Shown here one piece after another: positions 17,789-27,836 of a DNA stretch of 64,000 nucleotides. Origin of the DNA: an uncultured Cyanobium sp. (GTDB taxonomy: Bacteria > Cyanobacteriota > Cyanobacteriia > PCC-6307 > Cyanobiaceae). Position 1 is the first letter of the stretch. Each line of letters starts with the position of its first letter. Below the pieces are notes generated by a model. It was not told the origin of the DNA and did no database searches. It saw only the letters and a program-made list of their open reading frames with translations. The stretch is from NCBI GenBank assembly GCA_964402615.1, contig CAYOCW010000001.1, forward strand, positions 5,100-69,099, written 5' to 3'. The translations under genes were made by a program, and so were the position numbers.

Positions 17789-18196
17789 ATGACCCCCAGT
17801 GAGGCGTTTGCCGCCGTGGCCCTGGTCGCCGTGGGATGCGACGACAACTTGAGCCGGGAAGAAGCGCGCGCCCTGCGCCATCAACTGGAGGGACGCCACC
17901 CCTACCGAGAGCTCTCAGACGAGGCCATGGGACAACTGTTCGATGGCCTGCTGGCGCGGTTGCGCGAGCAAGGCTGGCGGCCGTTGCTGAGCGCCGCGGT
18001 CGCCGTGCTGTCGCCGGCGCAACAGGAAACCGCGCTGGCCGTGGCTGCGCACCTGGTTCTGAGCGATCGCCAGCTTGGCGAGGAGGAACAGCAGCTGCTG
18101 GAGGAGCTGGTGAGCTTGATCTCGCTGCCCCAGGAGCGCAGCCGGACGATCATCGATGCGATCCGGGTGCTGAACCGAGACAGCCTGGCCAGCTGA
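17789..18196 (+). CDS. TerB-family (tellurite resistance-like) protein
   Basis: MTPSEAFAAVALVAVGCDDNLSREE...ETALAVAAHLVLSD...VLNRDSL. Confidence 0.75.
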   Translation: MTPSEAFAAVALVAVGCDDNLSREEARALRHQLEGRHPYRELSDEAMGQLFDGLLARLREQGWRPLLSAAVAVLSPAQQETALAVAAHLVLSDRQLGEEEQQLLEELVSLISLPQERSRTIIDAIRVLNRDSLAS

Positions 18197-18227
18197 GGGC
18201 AGACTGGGGGGAATCGTCCCGAGGGTC

Positions 18228-18971
18228 GTGATCGCCGTCGTCCCATCATCGCGACCCACGCCTGCTCGCCCTGGCGGCATCGCCTCCGCAGGGCTGAGGC
18301 AGCTGCTGGGCCTCTGCCTCGCTGCGCTGCTCTCGCTGTCGACCCTGGCCTCGCCAGCCCTGGCCCTTTCCGCCAGGGACCTGCCGCCGAGCGCCCCCGG
18401 CGCTTTGGTGATCGATCAAGCGGAGGTGCTAAGTCGCGCCAGCCGCGCCGAGCTGGAGCACCGACTGGAACAGCTGCGGCAGCAGCGGGTCGATGCGCGG
18501 CTGATCACCGTGAACCGCCTCGACTACGGCGTGAGTCTCGAGGCGTTGGGCACCGAACTGATCAGCCGTTGGCAGGATCAGGCCGAAGCCGATGGCACCT
18601 CCCCCCTACCGCTGCTGCTGCTGCTGATCGACAACCAGACCAAGGCCACCGCGGTGGTGGCCAGCACGGCGCTGGAGCGCCAGCTGCCAGCTGAACTGCT
18701 GGAGAGCACCGCCCGCTCCACGATGGCGCAGCCGCTGCGGCAGGGAGAGCGCTACCGCCAGGCCAGCCTGGATGCCATCAACCGCCTGGAGCACGTGCTC
18801 CAAGGAGCTGAAGATCCCGGTCCACCGGCCGAGCCGGAGGAAGCCCCTGCGGTCAGCAACATCCCCAGCCGTGAGGCAACGCGCAACGGCAATGGCTTCA
18901 CCTGGGTCGTGGTGCTGTTGGCGGTGGGTACGATTGTACCGATGCTGACCTGGTGGGTGTTTTCTCGCTAA
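18228..18971 (+). CDS. psb32: photosystem II repair protein Psb32 (TPM domain)
   Basis: Signal peptide, VIDQAEVLSRAS, LITVNRLDYG, DPGPP, C-terminal TM LLAVGTIVPMLTWW. Confidence 0.8.
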   Translation: MIAVVPSSRPTPARPGGIASAGLRQLLGLCLAALLSLSTLASPALALSARDLPPSAPGALVIDQAEVLSRASRAELEHRLEQLRQQRVDARLITVNRLDYGVSLEALGTELISRWQDQAEADGTSPLPLLLLLIDNQTKATAVVASTALERQLPAELLESTARSTMAQPLRQGERYRQASLDAINRLEHVLQGAEDPGPPAEPEEAPAVSNIPSREATRNGNGFTWVVVLLAVGTIVPMLTWWVFSR

Positions 18972-18992
18972 CCGCCACAGCGCACAATCACC

Positions 18993-20138
18993 ATGGGCAT
19001 CAGCAACTGGATCTCAGCCTTTGGCCGGTCGCGATCTCTTGATCTATCCAATGACCTGGAGCGCGGATACGAATCTGCACTGCTCATCCAGAGCCTTGAG
19101 ATGGAGTATTACAACGACCGACCCGTGCGGCCTGAGTTGGAGTTGCGGATCCCGAAAGCGATGCAGGCCCAGGTGTTGCGACGCTTTCGGACGGCTCTAC
19201 AGATCTGTCGGGAATCGCAGCAAAATCTGGAGAGCTACCGTCATGAACTAGCCGGTCAGGAGATACGCCAACTCCAACTGATCGAATCCGTAACCCGTCG
19301 CTACGATCAGCAGAGCCAACCGCTGCCACGAATCAGCCGCTCACCGGATGTTCTGCCGCGCAGTTTGCTGACGGTGGTGGATCAGGTGCGACAGCAGCTC
19401 GATCCGGAAGCCGAGCAGAATGTTGTGCAGGGCTTTCGACGACGTCGCGACTCCACCCTGGTTTCGCTCCGCATTCTGCTCCTGCTGATCCTGGTGCCAG
19501 TCATGGTGCAGCAGATCAGCCGCAATTACATCGTGGCGCCACTTATAGATCGGCTTGCCCCTCAGATCAGCATTTTAAATTATCCCAAACCCAAACTGGA
19601 AAGGCGTGCCATTGAAGAGTTGCGCTCCTATCGAGCTCAACTGGAATTTGAATCCCTCGTTAACAACAAACATCTCCTGCCAGAACCGGAGCTGGAACGT
19701 CAACTGATGCTCAAAGCGCAAGAGTTGAAGCAGGAATCAGAGCGCGGTAGCAATGAGGCCATTAAGAACGTCGCTGCGGATATTTTTGCCTTGCTTGGCT
19801 TTTCCTTTGTCTGCCTGATCGGGCAGCGCGATCTCCAGGTTCTGCGGGGCTTTCTCGATGAGCTCATCTATGGTCTCAGTGACAGCGCCAAGGCATTTGC
19901 CATTATCTTGTTTACCGATATCTTTGTTGGCTTCCATAGCCCCGAAGGCTGGACTGTGCTGCTTGATGGAGTAACACATCATCTTGGCTTGCCGGCCGAC
20001 GAGAACTTCATCATGCTGTTCATCGCCACCTTCCCTGTTGTCCTGGCGACAATTCTTAAGTACTGGATTTTCCGTTATCTGAATCGTGTCTCACCATCCT
20101 CGGTGGCGACCTTGCGCAACATGAATGGCGGAGGCTGA
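18993..20138 (+). CDS. pxcA: proton extrusion protein PxcA (CemA family)
   Basis: YGLSDSAKAFAIILFTDIFVGFHSPEGW...LKYWIFRYLNRVSPSSVAT. Confidence 0.92.
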   Translation: MGISNWISAFGRSRSLDLSNDLERGYESALLIQSLEMEYYNDRPVRPELELRIPKAMQAQVLRRFRTALQICRESQQNLESYRHELAGQEIRQLQLIESVTRRYDQQSQPLPRISRSPDVLPRSLLTVVDQVRQQLDPEAEQNVVQGFRRRRDSTLVSLRILLLLILVPVMVQQISRNYIVAPLIDRLAPQISILNYPKPKLERRAIEELRSYRAQLEFESLVNNKHLLPEPELERQLMLKAQELKQESERGSNEAIKNVAADIFALLGFSFVCLIGQRDLQVLRGFLDELIYGLSDSAKAFAIILFTDIFVGFHSPEGWTVLLDGVTHHLGLPADENFIMLFIATFPVVLATILKYWIFRYLNRVSPSSVATLRNMNGGG

Positions 20139-20697
20139 TGTGACCGCGGCTGCTCCGCTCACCCTGATCTGTGGTCCCAGTGGCAGCGGCAAGAGTCGCT
20201 GGGCTGAACATCTTGCCTCCCAATCCACTGCCGACGAAGTCATCTATGTCGCCACCGGGCCTGCTGACCTCGAGGATTGGGGATGGCAGGAGCGGTTGAG
20301 GCGGCATCGCGACCGCCGTCCCTCCACCTGGCTGAGCTGGGAGGTGCAAGGGGAACTCAGTTCAGCCTTGCGTCAACTTCAACCGCAGCAACTGGCTCTG
20401 GTGGATTCCCTGGGAACCTGGGTAGCCGCACACCTGGATCGCGATACCCCAGGCTGGTTGGGCTTGCATCAGGAGTTGCTGGAGGTGCTGCACGATTGTC
20501 CGGCTGAACTGGTGCTCGTCTGCGAGGAAGTCTCCTGGGGTGTGGTCCCCGCAACGGCTCTCGGTTGTCGCTTCCGCGACCGATTGAGCGAACTCAACCG
20601 CAGCATCTCCCTGATCTGCTCGGCCCATTGGTTGGTGGTCCAGGGTCGGGCTCTCGATCTGATGCGGCTGGGCATACCGGTTCCCGAACCAGGCTGA
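20125..20697 (+). CDS. cobU: adenosylcobinamide kinase/adenosylcobinamide-phosphate guanylyltransferase
   Basis: GPSGSGKSRWAE, YVATG, HRDRRP, LVDSLGTW, EEVSWGVVP, FRDRL. Confidence 0.9.
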   Translation: MAEADVTAAAPLTLICGPSGSGKSRWAEHLASQSTADEVIYVATGPADLEDWGWQERLRRHRDRRPSTWLSWEVQGELSSALRQLQPQQLALVDSLGTWVAAHLDRDTPGWLGLHQELLEVLHDCPAELVLVCEEVSWGVVPATALGCRFRDRLSELNRSISLICSAHWLVVQGRALDLMRLGIPVPEPG

Positions 20698-20709
20698 GAC
20701 CCCACCACG

Positions 20710-21192
20710 ATGCCTCGCATTGTCCTCTTTCAGCCCCAGATTCCGCCGAACACCGGCAACGTGGCGCGCACCTGCGTGGCGACAGGCAGCCAGCTGCATC
20801 TGATCGAACCGCTGGGCTTCAGCCTCGAACAGCGCCAACTGAAGCGAGCAGGGCTTGATTACTGGCCAGCCCTTGAGCTCAGCCTCCACGCCAATGACCA
20901 GGCCTTTCTGCGCGAACGCCGCATTCGCGGCGGGCGACTGCTGGGGTTCAGCAGCCACGCGGATAGCCCCTACGATGCGTTTCAGTTTGCCAGTGATGAC
21001 TGGCTGCTGTTCGGCCGCGAGACGGATGGACTGCCCCGGGAGATGCTGTCCAGCTGCGATCGACTGTTGCGAATCCCGATCCGATCCTGGCAGCCTGAAC
21101 AAATCCATGGTGTCCGCAGCCTCAATCTCTCCGTTGCGGTGGCCGTGGTGCTGTTCGAGGCACTGCGGCAGCTGCGGTTGGCAGGGGATTAG
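20710..21192 (+). CDS. trmL: tRNA (cytidine34-2'-O)-methyltransferase
   Basis: PQIPPNTGNVARTC, LKRAGLDYW, FGRETDGLP, RSLNLS. Confidence 0.93.
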   Translation: MPRIVLFQPQIPPNTGNVARTCVATGSQLHLIEPLGFSLEQRQLKRAGLDYWPALELSLHANDQAFLRERRIRGGRLLGFSSHADSPYDAFQFASDDWLLFGRETDGLPREMLSSCDRLLRIPIRSWQPEQIHGVRSLNLSVAVAVVLFEALRQLRLAGD

Positions 21193-21343
21193 CCAAGCCT
21201 GACAGCAGGGCTTGGGCTGACCAGGGGACGCCTGTCCAGTTGGCACCAGAGGGGCTTGCCAACCGCGGACCGTGACGCTACTGTTCGCCGGCCTGGGGAT
21301 GTTGGCTTCTCCTTGGGATGTTGTCCGTCAGGAATGATCTTGC

Positions 21344-22381
21344 ATGAAGCCTCGCCAAATTTTGATCACGGTTGTTCTGAGTGCTCCCCTGGGAGTTCCA
21401 CTGCTCGCTGCCATCGCTACGGATAATTTTCAGTCCAACATTGCCGACGAACTATTGGTTGCAGCATTGCCGAGTGAACGGGTCTGGGTGAAGGTGCGCC
21501 AGCCTGTCAGCGTTGAGGAACTCTCCCTGCAACTCAACATGGATGAGACCCGCCTGGCGCGTCTCAACGATGTCGACGAAGACCACCAATTCCGTCGTGG
21601 CGAATGGCTTATCTTGCCCTCTCAGGGAACGCCTCGGCTAAGGCTTGCGGCTTCTCTGGATAGCAACGAGTTGCGTCGCACCCCCCCCCTAGAGGCTCCA
21701 CCGCCAATCGCCACTGGCGTTGGCACTGGGGTGGTCAAGCTTGGCGACACCCTGCTGCACATCGCCGAGCGATATGGGATCACCATCACCGAGTTGCTGC
21801 GTCTTAACCCGGGTCTGGAATCGGCGCGTCTGGTGGTGGGCAGCCAGGTGCGTCTCGCCCAGTCCGCTCCCTCACGCAACCGACTCCTGCTCGGACTTGT
21901 GCCCTCCAGTAGCGGCGGCATCAGCTGGCCAGAAACACCGGAGTACGAATCGCCCACGAACACAACGCCGCACCAGCAGCCCTTCCGTGGCAGCTTTCAG
22001 CAAACCTACATCTGGCCAGCCCAAGGTGTGTTCTCGTCAGGTTACGGCTGGCGCTGGGGCCGCATGCACAAAGGCATCGATGTTGCCAACAACGTTGGTA
22101 CCCCGATTGTTGCCGTACAGCGCGGACGCGTTAGCTTTGCCGGCTGGCACGACGGTGGCTATGGCTACCTAGTGGAGCTCATCCACGAGGATGGAACGAT
22201 GACACGCTACGCCCATAACAGCCGGCTGCTGGTCCAGCAGGGCCAGGAGGTGGAGCAGGGTCAGGTCATCAGTCAGATGGGTAGCACAGGTCGCAGCACC
22301 GGTCCCCACCTCCATTTCGAACTGCATCCACCAGGCCAAGGAGCTGTGAATCCTTTGGGGTTCCTCCCTGCCAGGGCCTGA
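21344..22381 (+). CDS. LysM + M23 peptidase (NlpD-like)
   Basis: LysM GDTLLHIAERYGITITELLRLNP; M23 motifs HKGID, YAHN, STGPHLHFE. Confidence 0.9.
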   Translation: MKPRQILITVVLSAPLGVPLLAAIATDNFQSNIADELLVAALPSERVWVKVRQPVSVEELSLQLNMDETRLARLNDVDEDHQFRRGEWLILPSQGTPRLRLAASLDSNELRRTPPLEAPPPIATGVGTGVVKLGDTLLHIAERYGITITELLRLNPGLESARLVVGSQVRLAQSAPSRNRLLLGLVPSSSGGISWPETPEYESPTNTTPHQQPFRGSFQQTYIWPAQGVFSSGYGWRWGRMHKGIDVANNVGTPIVAVQRGRVSFAGWHDGGYGYLVELIHEDGTMTRYAHNSRLLVQQGQEVEQGQVISQMGSTGRSTGPHLHFELHPPGQGAVNPLGFLPARA

Positions 22382-22432
22382 GCCCGGCCAAGCGGAGGTC
22401 GACCGGCGATCGACTACAGTGGCAGATGTCAT

Positions 22433-22506
22433 GGCTCGGTAGCTCAGCTGGTTAGAGCGTGGGATTCATAACCCCAAGGTCGGGAGTTCAAGTCTCCCCC
22501 GAGCCA
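22433..22506 (+). tRNA. tRNA-Met (CAT), probably elongator
   Basis: GGCTCGG/CCGAGCC acceptor stem, D-arm AGCTCAGCTGGTTAGAGC, anticodon loop TTCATAA, T-loop GTTCAAGT; CCA not encoded. Confidence 0.92.
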
Positions 22507-22681
22507 TCAACCCTTCTCCCCGTTGTGAGTACTGGGTTCCGAAACCCGATCGTTCCATCCAGGGCTTGACGCCCGCTGCTGGGTGCGTCGACGTCAGGCT
22601 GGATGTTCGCTGGATGGGGTTGGGATTCCGCGGCACTCCTGGCTTGCAGCCGAGAACCACCCCATCAACCGTGCCCGCGGC

Positions 22682-23101
22682 TCAGTCCGACGCCACCAGC
22701 AGGATTCTCAGGCGACGTGCCAGCCCCTCCAGCGAATCGGCCTGGCTGGGGCGTCCACAGCGCTCTCCGGTCATGCCATCCATCCAAACCGGATGGCTGC
22801 CTTGCCAGAGCAGGGGACGGTCATCAGCCCAACACCAGGCAAGGGTGAAATGCAGATCCGCCCCGCTGGGAAAGATTTCAAGGTCGAGATCTTCCATGGG
22901 TAGGCGCCCGCCATCCGGACCACGGGCCTCCAGCCGCAGACGGCAATCCAGGGCATCGGCGTCTTGGCCGTCATCGCCATGATCGCTGCTCAGCCGGTGG
23001 ACACCGTGGCGCAGGGGCTTGCGACAGAGATCAGCCGCCGCAGCCACCAGTTGGCACAGGTCGGTGTTGGCGGCCAGCACGGATCGAAGATCGGGAGTCA
23101 T
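22682..23101 (-). CDS. conserved hypothetical protein
   Basis: ADLCRKPLRHGV...DLDLEIFPSG...PLLWQGSHPVWMDG; 4-nt overlap with the upstream gene. Confidence 0.7.
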   Translation of the reverse strand: MTPDLRSVLAANTDLCQLVAAAADLCRKPLRHGVHRLSSDHGDDGQDADALDCRLRLEARGPDGGRLPMEDLDLEIFPSGADLHFTLAWCWADDRPLLWQGSHPVWMDGMTGERCGRPSQADSLEGLARRLRILLVASD

Positions 23102-23658
23102 GGCCAGGATTCAAGCGCATGCAGCTGAAATCGCAGCGAACCGGCACGAAAGCCAGGATTGGCCTCGCCGTCGTCGCCAAAGCGTGAATGCAAGATTTGA
23201 AAACGCGTGATTCGCGCTGGATCGAAGCGCAACGGCACACCCAGTGGCAAGCGATCCACCGGGCGGGCGCGGATCGAGGCTCGCAGCTGGTCAAAGCGCA
23301 GCGGCAACCGTTGGCGGTGGCCAGCCTCGGTGGCAAAGGCCATCACCCAGCGCAACCCTCCAGGGATCAGCTCCGTCAGCCCAGCCACACCATCGCCACA
23401 GGCCACAGCCCACTTGTAGGTGCGGCCGTCGCCACTGAAATCGATCAGCACCCCCTTGGAGCCGGAGAGATCGAGCGGAGGGGAGTAGAGCGGTGAACGG
23501 CAACTGACAAAGCCACCACCTGCGGCGATCACCTCCCCATCCAGCAGCAATCCCTGGGCACTGACGGAACAGTGACCCGAGCTGCGACCTCCCATGACGG
23601 TGTCGTTCAGAGCCTGCCAAGAGCGGAACGACTCACCAGCTTCCAGGACAACAGCCAT
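23098..23658 (-). CDS. CIA30-family (NDUFAF1-like) protein
   Basis: WQALNDTVMGGRS, GGGFVSCRS, GDGRTYK. Confidence 0.88.
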   Translation of the reverse strand: MAVVLEAGESFRSWQALNDTVMGGRSSGHCSVSAQGLLLDGEVIAAGGGFVSCRSPLYSPPLDLSGSKGVLIDFSGDGRTYKWAVACGDGVAGLTELIPGGLRWVMAFATEAGHRQRLPLRFDQLRASIRARPVDRLPLGVPLRFDPARITRFQILHSRFGDDGEANPGFRAGSLRFQLHALESWP

Positions 23659-23667
23659 GGCGCTGGT

Positions 23668-24381
23668 TCAGCCCAGACCGGAGGCTGCCGCTGCGTCAGC
23701 CAGGATGATCACCTCACTGCCGGGCTGCACCAGCCGAGCCGGCGTGCGCTCTGGGGGTTCTTGGTCATCCATCAGCCGTTGCAGGGCCTGCGCTTTCTCC
23801 TGGCCACTGACCAGGAAGATCACCTGACGGGCGGCGCTGAGCACAGCTGCCGTGAAGGTGATGCGCGGCAAGCCCTTGCCCTCGCCAACACAGACCCAAC
23901 GATCCGCAACCTGCAGCGCATTGGTTCCCGGGAAAAGGGAGGCTGTATGACCGTCGTCACCCAATCCGAGCAGAACGACATCGAAACAGGGCGGACTGCC
24001 CGAACAGATGGTCGTCAGCAACGAAGCATAGGCCTCAGCAGCTTGCGAGGGATCGTCCCCACCGACCGGAACAGGATGGAAGCGGGCTTGACGAGCGGGC
24101 GGCTGGGCCAGCAGGGTTTCGGCCAGCATGCGCGCATTGCTGGCCGGATCATCCTGCGGGACCCAACGCTCATCGCCCAGCATCACATCGACCCGATCCC
24201 AGGGGAGATGCTCGGCTCCGAGCCGGATGTAAGCAGGCCGAGGCGTGCTGCCACCGGCCAGGGCGATTTGAGCGCGATCCCGTTCCGAGAGGGCCTGGTC
24301 GATGCTGAAGGCAATCCGTTCAGCCACCTGCCGAGCCAAGTCGTCGGCGGAGCTGGCGACGATCAGGCGATAGTGGGTCAT
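23668..24381 (-). CDS. pgl: 6-phosphogluconolactonase
   Basis: ALAGGSTP, GDERWVP, LGLGDDGHTASLFP. Confidence 0.95.
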   Translation of the reverse strand: MTHYRLIVASSADDLARQVAERIAFSIDQALSERDRAQIALAGGSTPRPAYIRLGAEHLPWDRVDVMLGDERWVPQDDPASNARMLAETLLAQPPARQARFHPVPVGGDDPSQAAEAYASLLTTICSGSPPCFDVVLLGLGDDGHTASLFPGTNALQVADRWVCVGEGKGLPRITFTAAVLSAARQVIFLVSGQEKAQALQRLMDDQEPPERTPARLVQPGSEVIILADAAAASGLG

Positions 24382-25796
24382 TTCAGCCACTCGGTATGGA
24401 AGCTGCCAGGTCGGTCGGTGCGTTCATAGGTGTGGGATCCGAAGCAATCGCGCATCGCCTGCACCAGGTTCTGAGGCAGGCGACCGCTGAAGAAGCTGTT
24501 GATGTAATCCAGCGTACTGCTCAAACAAGGAACGGGAATGCCGGCCAGGGCCGCGCCTGCCACCACCTGGCGTAGACCGGGCAGCCGAGCGGCGATCTGC
24601 TGCAGGAACCAGGGATCAAGCATCAGGTTGTTGAGCCCCGCGTTAGCCACATAGGCATTCTGAATCCGTTGCAGCAACCTGGCCCGGATGATGCAACCTC
24701 CTTTCCAGATCTGACCGATCGCCGCCAGGTCTAGGTTGTAGTGATGCAGAGCTGAGGCTTCACGCAGCAGCTCCATTCCCTGGGCATAGCTGGCGATGGC
24801 AGCGAGGATGCAAGCATCGCGCAATGGCGCCATCTGATCTGCTGGCGAACCCAGGTCGAAGCCAATGCCGGTCGATGCCCGCAGCTGTTGCTCCGCCGCC
24901 AGGCGTTGAGGGCGCAGGGAGCTCAACACCCTGGCGTTGAGGGCCGCGTAGATGGTAGGCACCGGCACACCCATGTCCAGCGCCGACTGAACCGTCCAGA
25001 GTCCGGTGCCCTTCTGACCCGCTGCATCGACGATGAATTCGACAAGATCGCTCCCCGTCTCTGGATCTCGGGCACGCAGACAAACCTCTGTGATTTCGAC
25101 CAGGAAGGAGGCCAACTCCTCCGTCTGATTCCAATCAGCCAGCACGTCCGCCATCGCCTGCCCATCGAGGCCGGCAACACGCTTCATCAGGTCGTAGGCC
25201 TCCGCCAACACCTGCTCGATTCCATATTCGATACCGTTATGAACGGTCTTGACAAAATGGCCAGCACCGCCGGGGCCGATGTAGGTGACACAGGGTCCGT
25301 CGTCGACCTGAGCGGCCATCTTGCACACCAGGCTCTCGATCGCCTCATAGGCGGCGCGCGTACCGCCAGGCATCATGCTCGGCCCCTCCAGAGCCCCCTT
25401 GGCTCCACCGGAGACGCCCATGCCAATGTAACCAAAGCTTTGCCGCTCCAGCTCCTGAACGCGACGTTCGGTGTCTGTGTAGAGTGAGTTTCCGCCGTCG
25501 ATCAGCAGATCACCCTCCTGCAAGAGCGGCGACAAGGTGGCGATCAGGTCATCGACAGGCTGACCAGCCTTCACCATCATCAGAATTCGCCGAGGTCGCT
25601 CCAAGCCAGCCACAAACTCTGCCAGCGAAGCCGCGCCGGTGATCTGCAGACCGGCAGCGCGGCCCTGGAGGAACTCCTCAGTCTTGGAGAAAGTTCGGTT
25701 GTAGACAATGCTGGAGAAACCATTGCGCTCTGCATTGAGGACGAGGTTCTCGCCCATCACACCAAGACCAATCAGGCCGAAATGTGCCTTGCTCAT
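24378..25796 (-). CDS. gnd: 6-phosphogluconate dehydrogenase (NADP-dependent, decarboxylating)
   Basis: GLIGLGVMGENL, IDGGN, KTVHNGIEYG, GQKGTG, QAMRDCFGSHTY. Confidence 0.97.
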   Translation of the reverse strand: MSKAHFGLIGLGVMGENLVLNAERNGFSSIVYNRTFSKTEEFLQGRAAGLQITGAASLAEFVAGLERPRRILMMVKAGQPVDDLIATLSPLLQEGDLLIDGGNSLYTDTERRVQELERQSFGYIGMGVSGGAKGALEGPSMMPGGTRAAYEAIESLVCKMAAQVDDGPCVTYIGPGGAGHFVKTVHNGIEYGIEQVLAEAYDLMKRVAGLDGQAMADVLADWNQTEELASFLVEITEVCLRARDPETGSDLVEFIVDAAGQKGTGLWTVQSALDMGVPVPTIYAALNARVLSSLRPQRLAAEQQLRASTGIGFDLGSPADQMAPLRDACILAAIASYAQGMELLREASALHHYNLDLAAIGQIWKGGCIIRARLLQRIQNAYVANAGLNNLMLDPWFLQQIAARLPGLRQVVAGAALAGIPVPCLSSTLDYINSFFSGRLPQNLVQAMRDCFGSHTYERTDRPGSFHTEWLK

Positions 25797-26252
25797 GGGG
25801 TTGCGAGGTTGTGGGGCCAAGCCTCAGTCTGTCGAGAACAGACGGTGGCGGCATCGGCAGGGCCGCCTGGTGTCAGCAACTGCTAGCGATGACCCCGGCC
25901 TGAAACGGCAGGAGCTGGGGGCGCGGCGAAACCGCAAATACAGCGACAGCAATGACGCTTAGCAAGAAAAACAAAAAAAGCAAGCGGTTGATGCCAACGT
26001 TGATCTCTGGGGACAGATCAGGCGGGCCAGAACCGCGCCACTGGCCAAGCAGAGGCTAAAGGCCTTAGCCGGCATGGGCTCAGAGCACGCCAGCTTCGAC
26101 AGAAACTCTCAACAGGATTTGATGTCACTGGAATGCTCATTGCCGCGCGACAACCAGCCTCGATGAAACAGATCATTAAAACGGCAACAAGCCGACCCTG
26201 AGACAACCCTCAAACAGATCCTGAAAATTGATCGCCATCGCAGTGAATAGTC

Positions 26253-26293
26253 GCCCAGAAGAGGATCACAAGGAACGTGATCCTCTTCTGGGC
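26253..26293. repeat. perfect 17-bp hairpin ~90 bp downstream of glgC (terminator or mRNA-stabilising stem)
   Basis: GCCCAGAAGAGGATCAC-AAGGAAC-GTGATCCTCTTCTGGGC; no clear U-tract. Confidence 0.75.
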
Positions 26294-26382
26294 AGCCGTC
26301 AGAAACGAGCACCGCTCAACAAGCACGCGAATAGGTTGCCTCCGGATCAAGATCCGCGCCGCAGACAGGCTCCCCCCGAGAC

Positions 26383-27678
26383 TCAAATGACGGTTCCATC
26401 GGCAATGGAGCCATTTTTAACAATAACCACAATACCATTGCGTATATAGAAATTAAGCTCCGGACGATCAGCCTCCTCAATCCTATCTTTATTCACGATA
26501 GCGACATTACAGCCAATCCGAACGTTCTTATCGATAATCGCTTGCTTGACGGTGGATCCCCGACCAACCCCAATGGGAATACCGCCTCGTTCACGAAGAA
26601 CCAGACGCTCCTCGGTGGACTCAAAATAATCTGCACCCATCAGCAGCGTATCTTGCAAGACAACCTCATCTTCGACACGACTGCGCACGCCAAGTACACA
26701 GCGGTGGATGCTGCACGACTTAAGCAGCGAACCCTCACCAATGATGGATTCAGTTACCTGAGAATCTTGAAGCTTACTGGGCGGAAGATAACGTGGACGC
26801 GTATAGATCGGGAATTTCTCATCGTAGAAGGAAAATGGGGGATTAGGCTGCTGAGTGAGAGCGAGATTGGCCTCATAAAAAGCACCGATAGTTCCGATAT
26901 CTTCCCAATAGTCATCGAACAAGTAACTCTGGAGATGGTCGCCACGCTCCAGGGCAGTTGGAATAATTTCCTTGCCAAAATCAGTAGCCTGAGGATTATT
27001 GGCGAGAAGATCAAACAAGGTATCACGACTGAAAACGTAAATCCCCATCGAGGCCAGATAGGGGCGACGAGCAGCCTCTTCTGCGCTCAGTCCGAGTTGA
27101 CTAGTATCAACCCTCATCTGCAGCAAAGAGTCTCCCTTCGGCTTTTCACGGAATTCTTCAATTTTTCCAGAAGAGTCGGTACGCATGAGACCAAACCCTT
27201 CGGCCTGGTCCGGATCAACGGGTAGAGCCCCGACGGACAAATGGGCGCCCGTATCAATATGATGCTGAACAAATGCGCTGTAATCCATCCGGTAGAGCTG
27301 ATCGCCGGACAGAATCAAGTAATGATCAACATCCCATTCCTGAAACAGCCACTGGTATTTGCGAACAGCATCAGCGGTGCCCTCAAACCAGCTGGGGCTA
27401 TCAGGGGTCTGCTGAGCTGCAAGAACCTCGACGAATCCCTGGCCAAACCCTGCTGATAGATTGTAGGTCATCGTCAGGTGACGATTCAGTGAAGCACTAT
27501 TAAACTGCGTGAGGACATAAATCTTCGTGATTTCTGAATTGATGCAGTTACTGATAGGAATATCGATCAGCCTGTACTTGCCGGCCAGGGGGACGGCCGG
27601 TTTGGCCCTCATCTTGGTGAGCGGGTAGAGGCGAGTACCTGCACCGCCCCCAAGAATGATCGCAAGAACACGTTTCAT
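26383..27678 (-). CDS. glgC: glucose-1-phosphate adenylyltransferase
   Basis: [43 protein letters not shown]. Confidence 0.98.
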   Translation of the reverse strand: MKRVLAIILGGGAGTRLYPLTKMRAKPAVPLAGKYRLIDIPISNCINSEITKIYVLTQFNSASLNRHLTMTYNLSAGFGQGFVEVLAAQQTPDSPSWFEGTADAVRKYQWLFQEWDVDHYLILSGDQLYRMDYSAFVQHHIDTGAHLSVGALPVDPDQAEGFGLMRTDSSGKIEEFREKPKGDSLLQMRVDTSQLGLSAEEAARRPYLASMGIYVFSRDTLFDLLANNPQATDFGKEIIPTALERGDHLQSYLFDDYWEDIGTIGAFYEANLALTQQPNPPFSFYDEKFPIYTRPRYLPPSKLQDSQVTESIIGEGSLLKSCSIHRCVLGVRSRVEDEVVLQDTLLMGADYFESTEERLVLRERGGIPIGVGRGSTVKQAIIDKNVRIGCNVAIVNKDRIEEADRPELNFYIRNGIVVIVKNGSIADGTVI

Positions 27679-27836
27679 CACGCAGGACACCGAGTAGATG
27701 AGTGGGTAGGGACTAAAGGAAGAAGGCTTGATATCATCTCAACAGGAGGTGGAAGTGAGATGAGCGATACGGCTGAGTTCATGATGGCGATGGAGATCAG
27801 GGAGGGCATAGAGCTCGATGAGAGCTGGTGATCATC

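Noticed and set aside
22433-22681. Integrative element at tRNA-Met (also checked tRNA-Leu at 47811)
   Set aside because: No integrase and no duplicated tRNA 3' end seen; core genes resume immediately.
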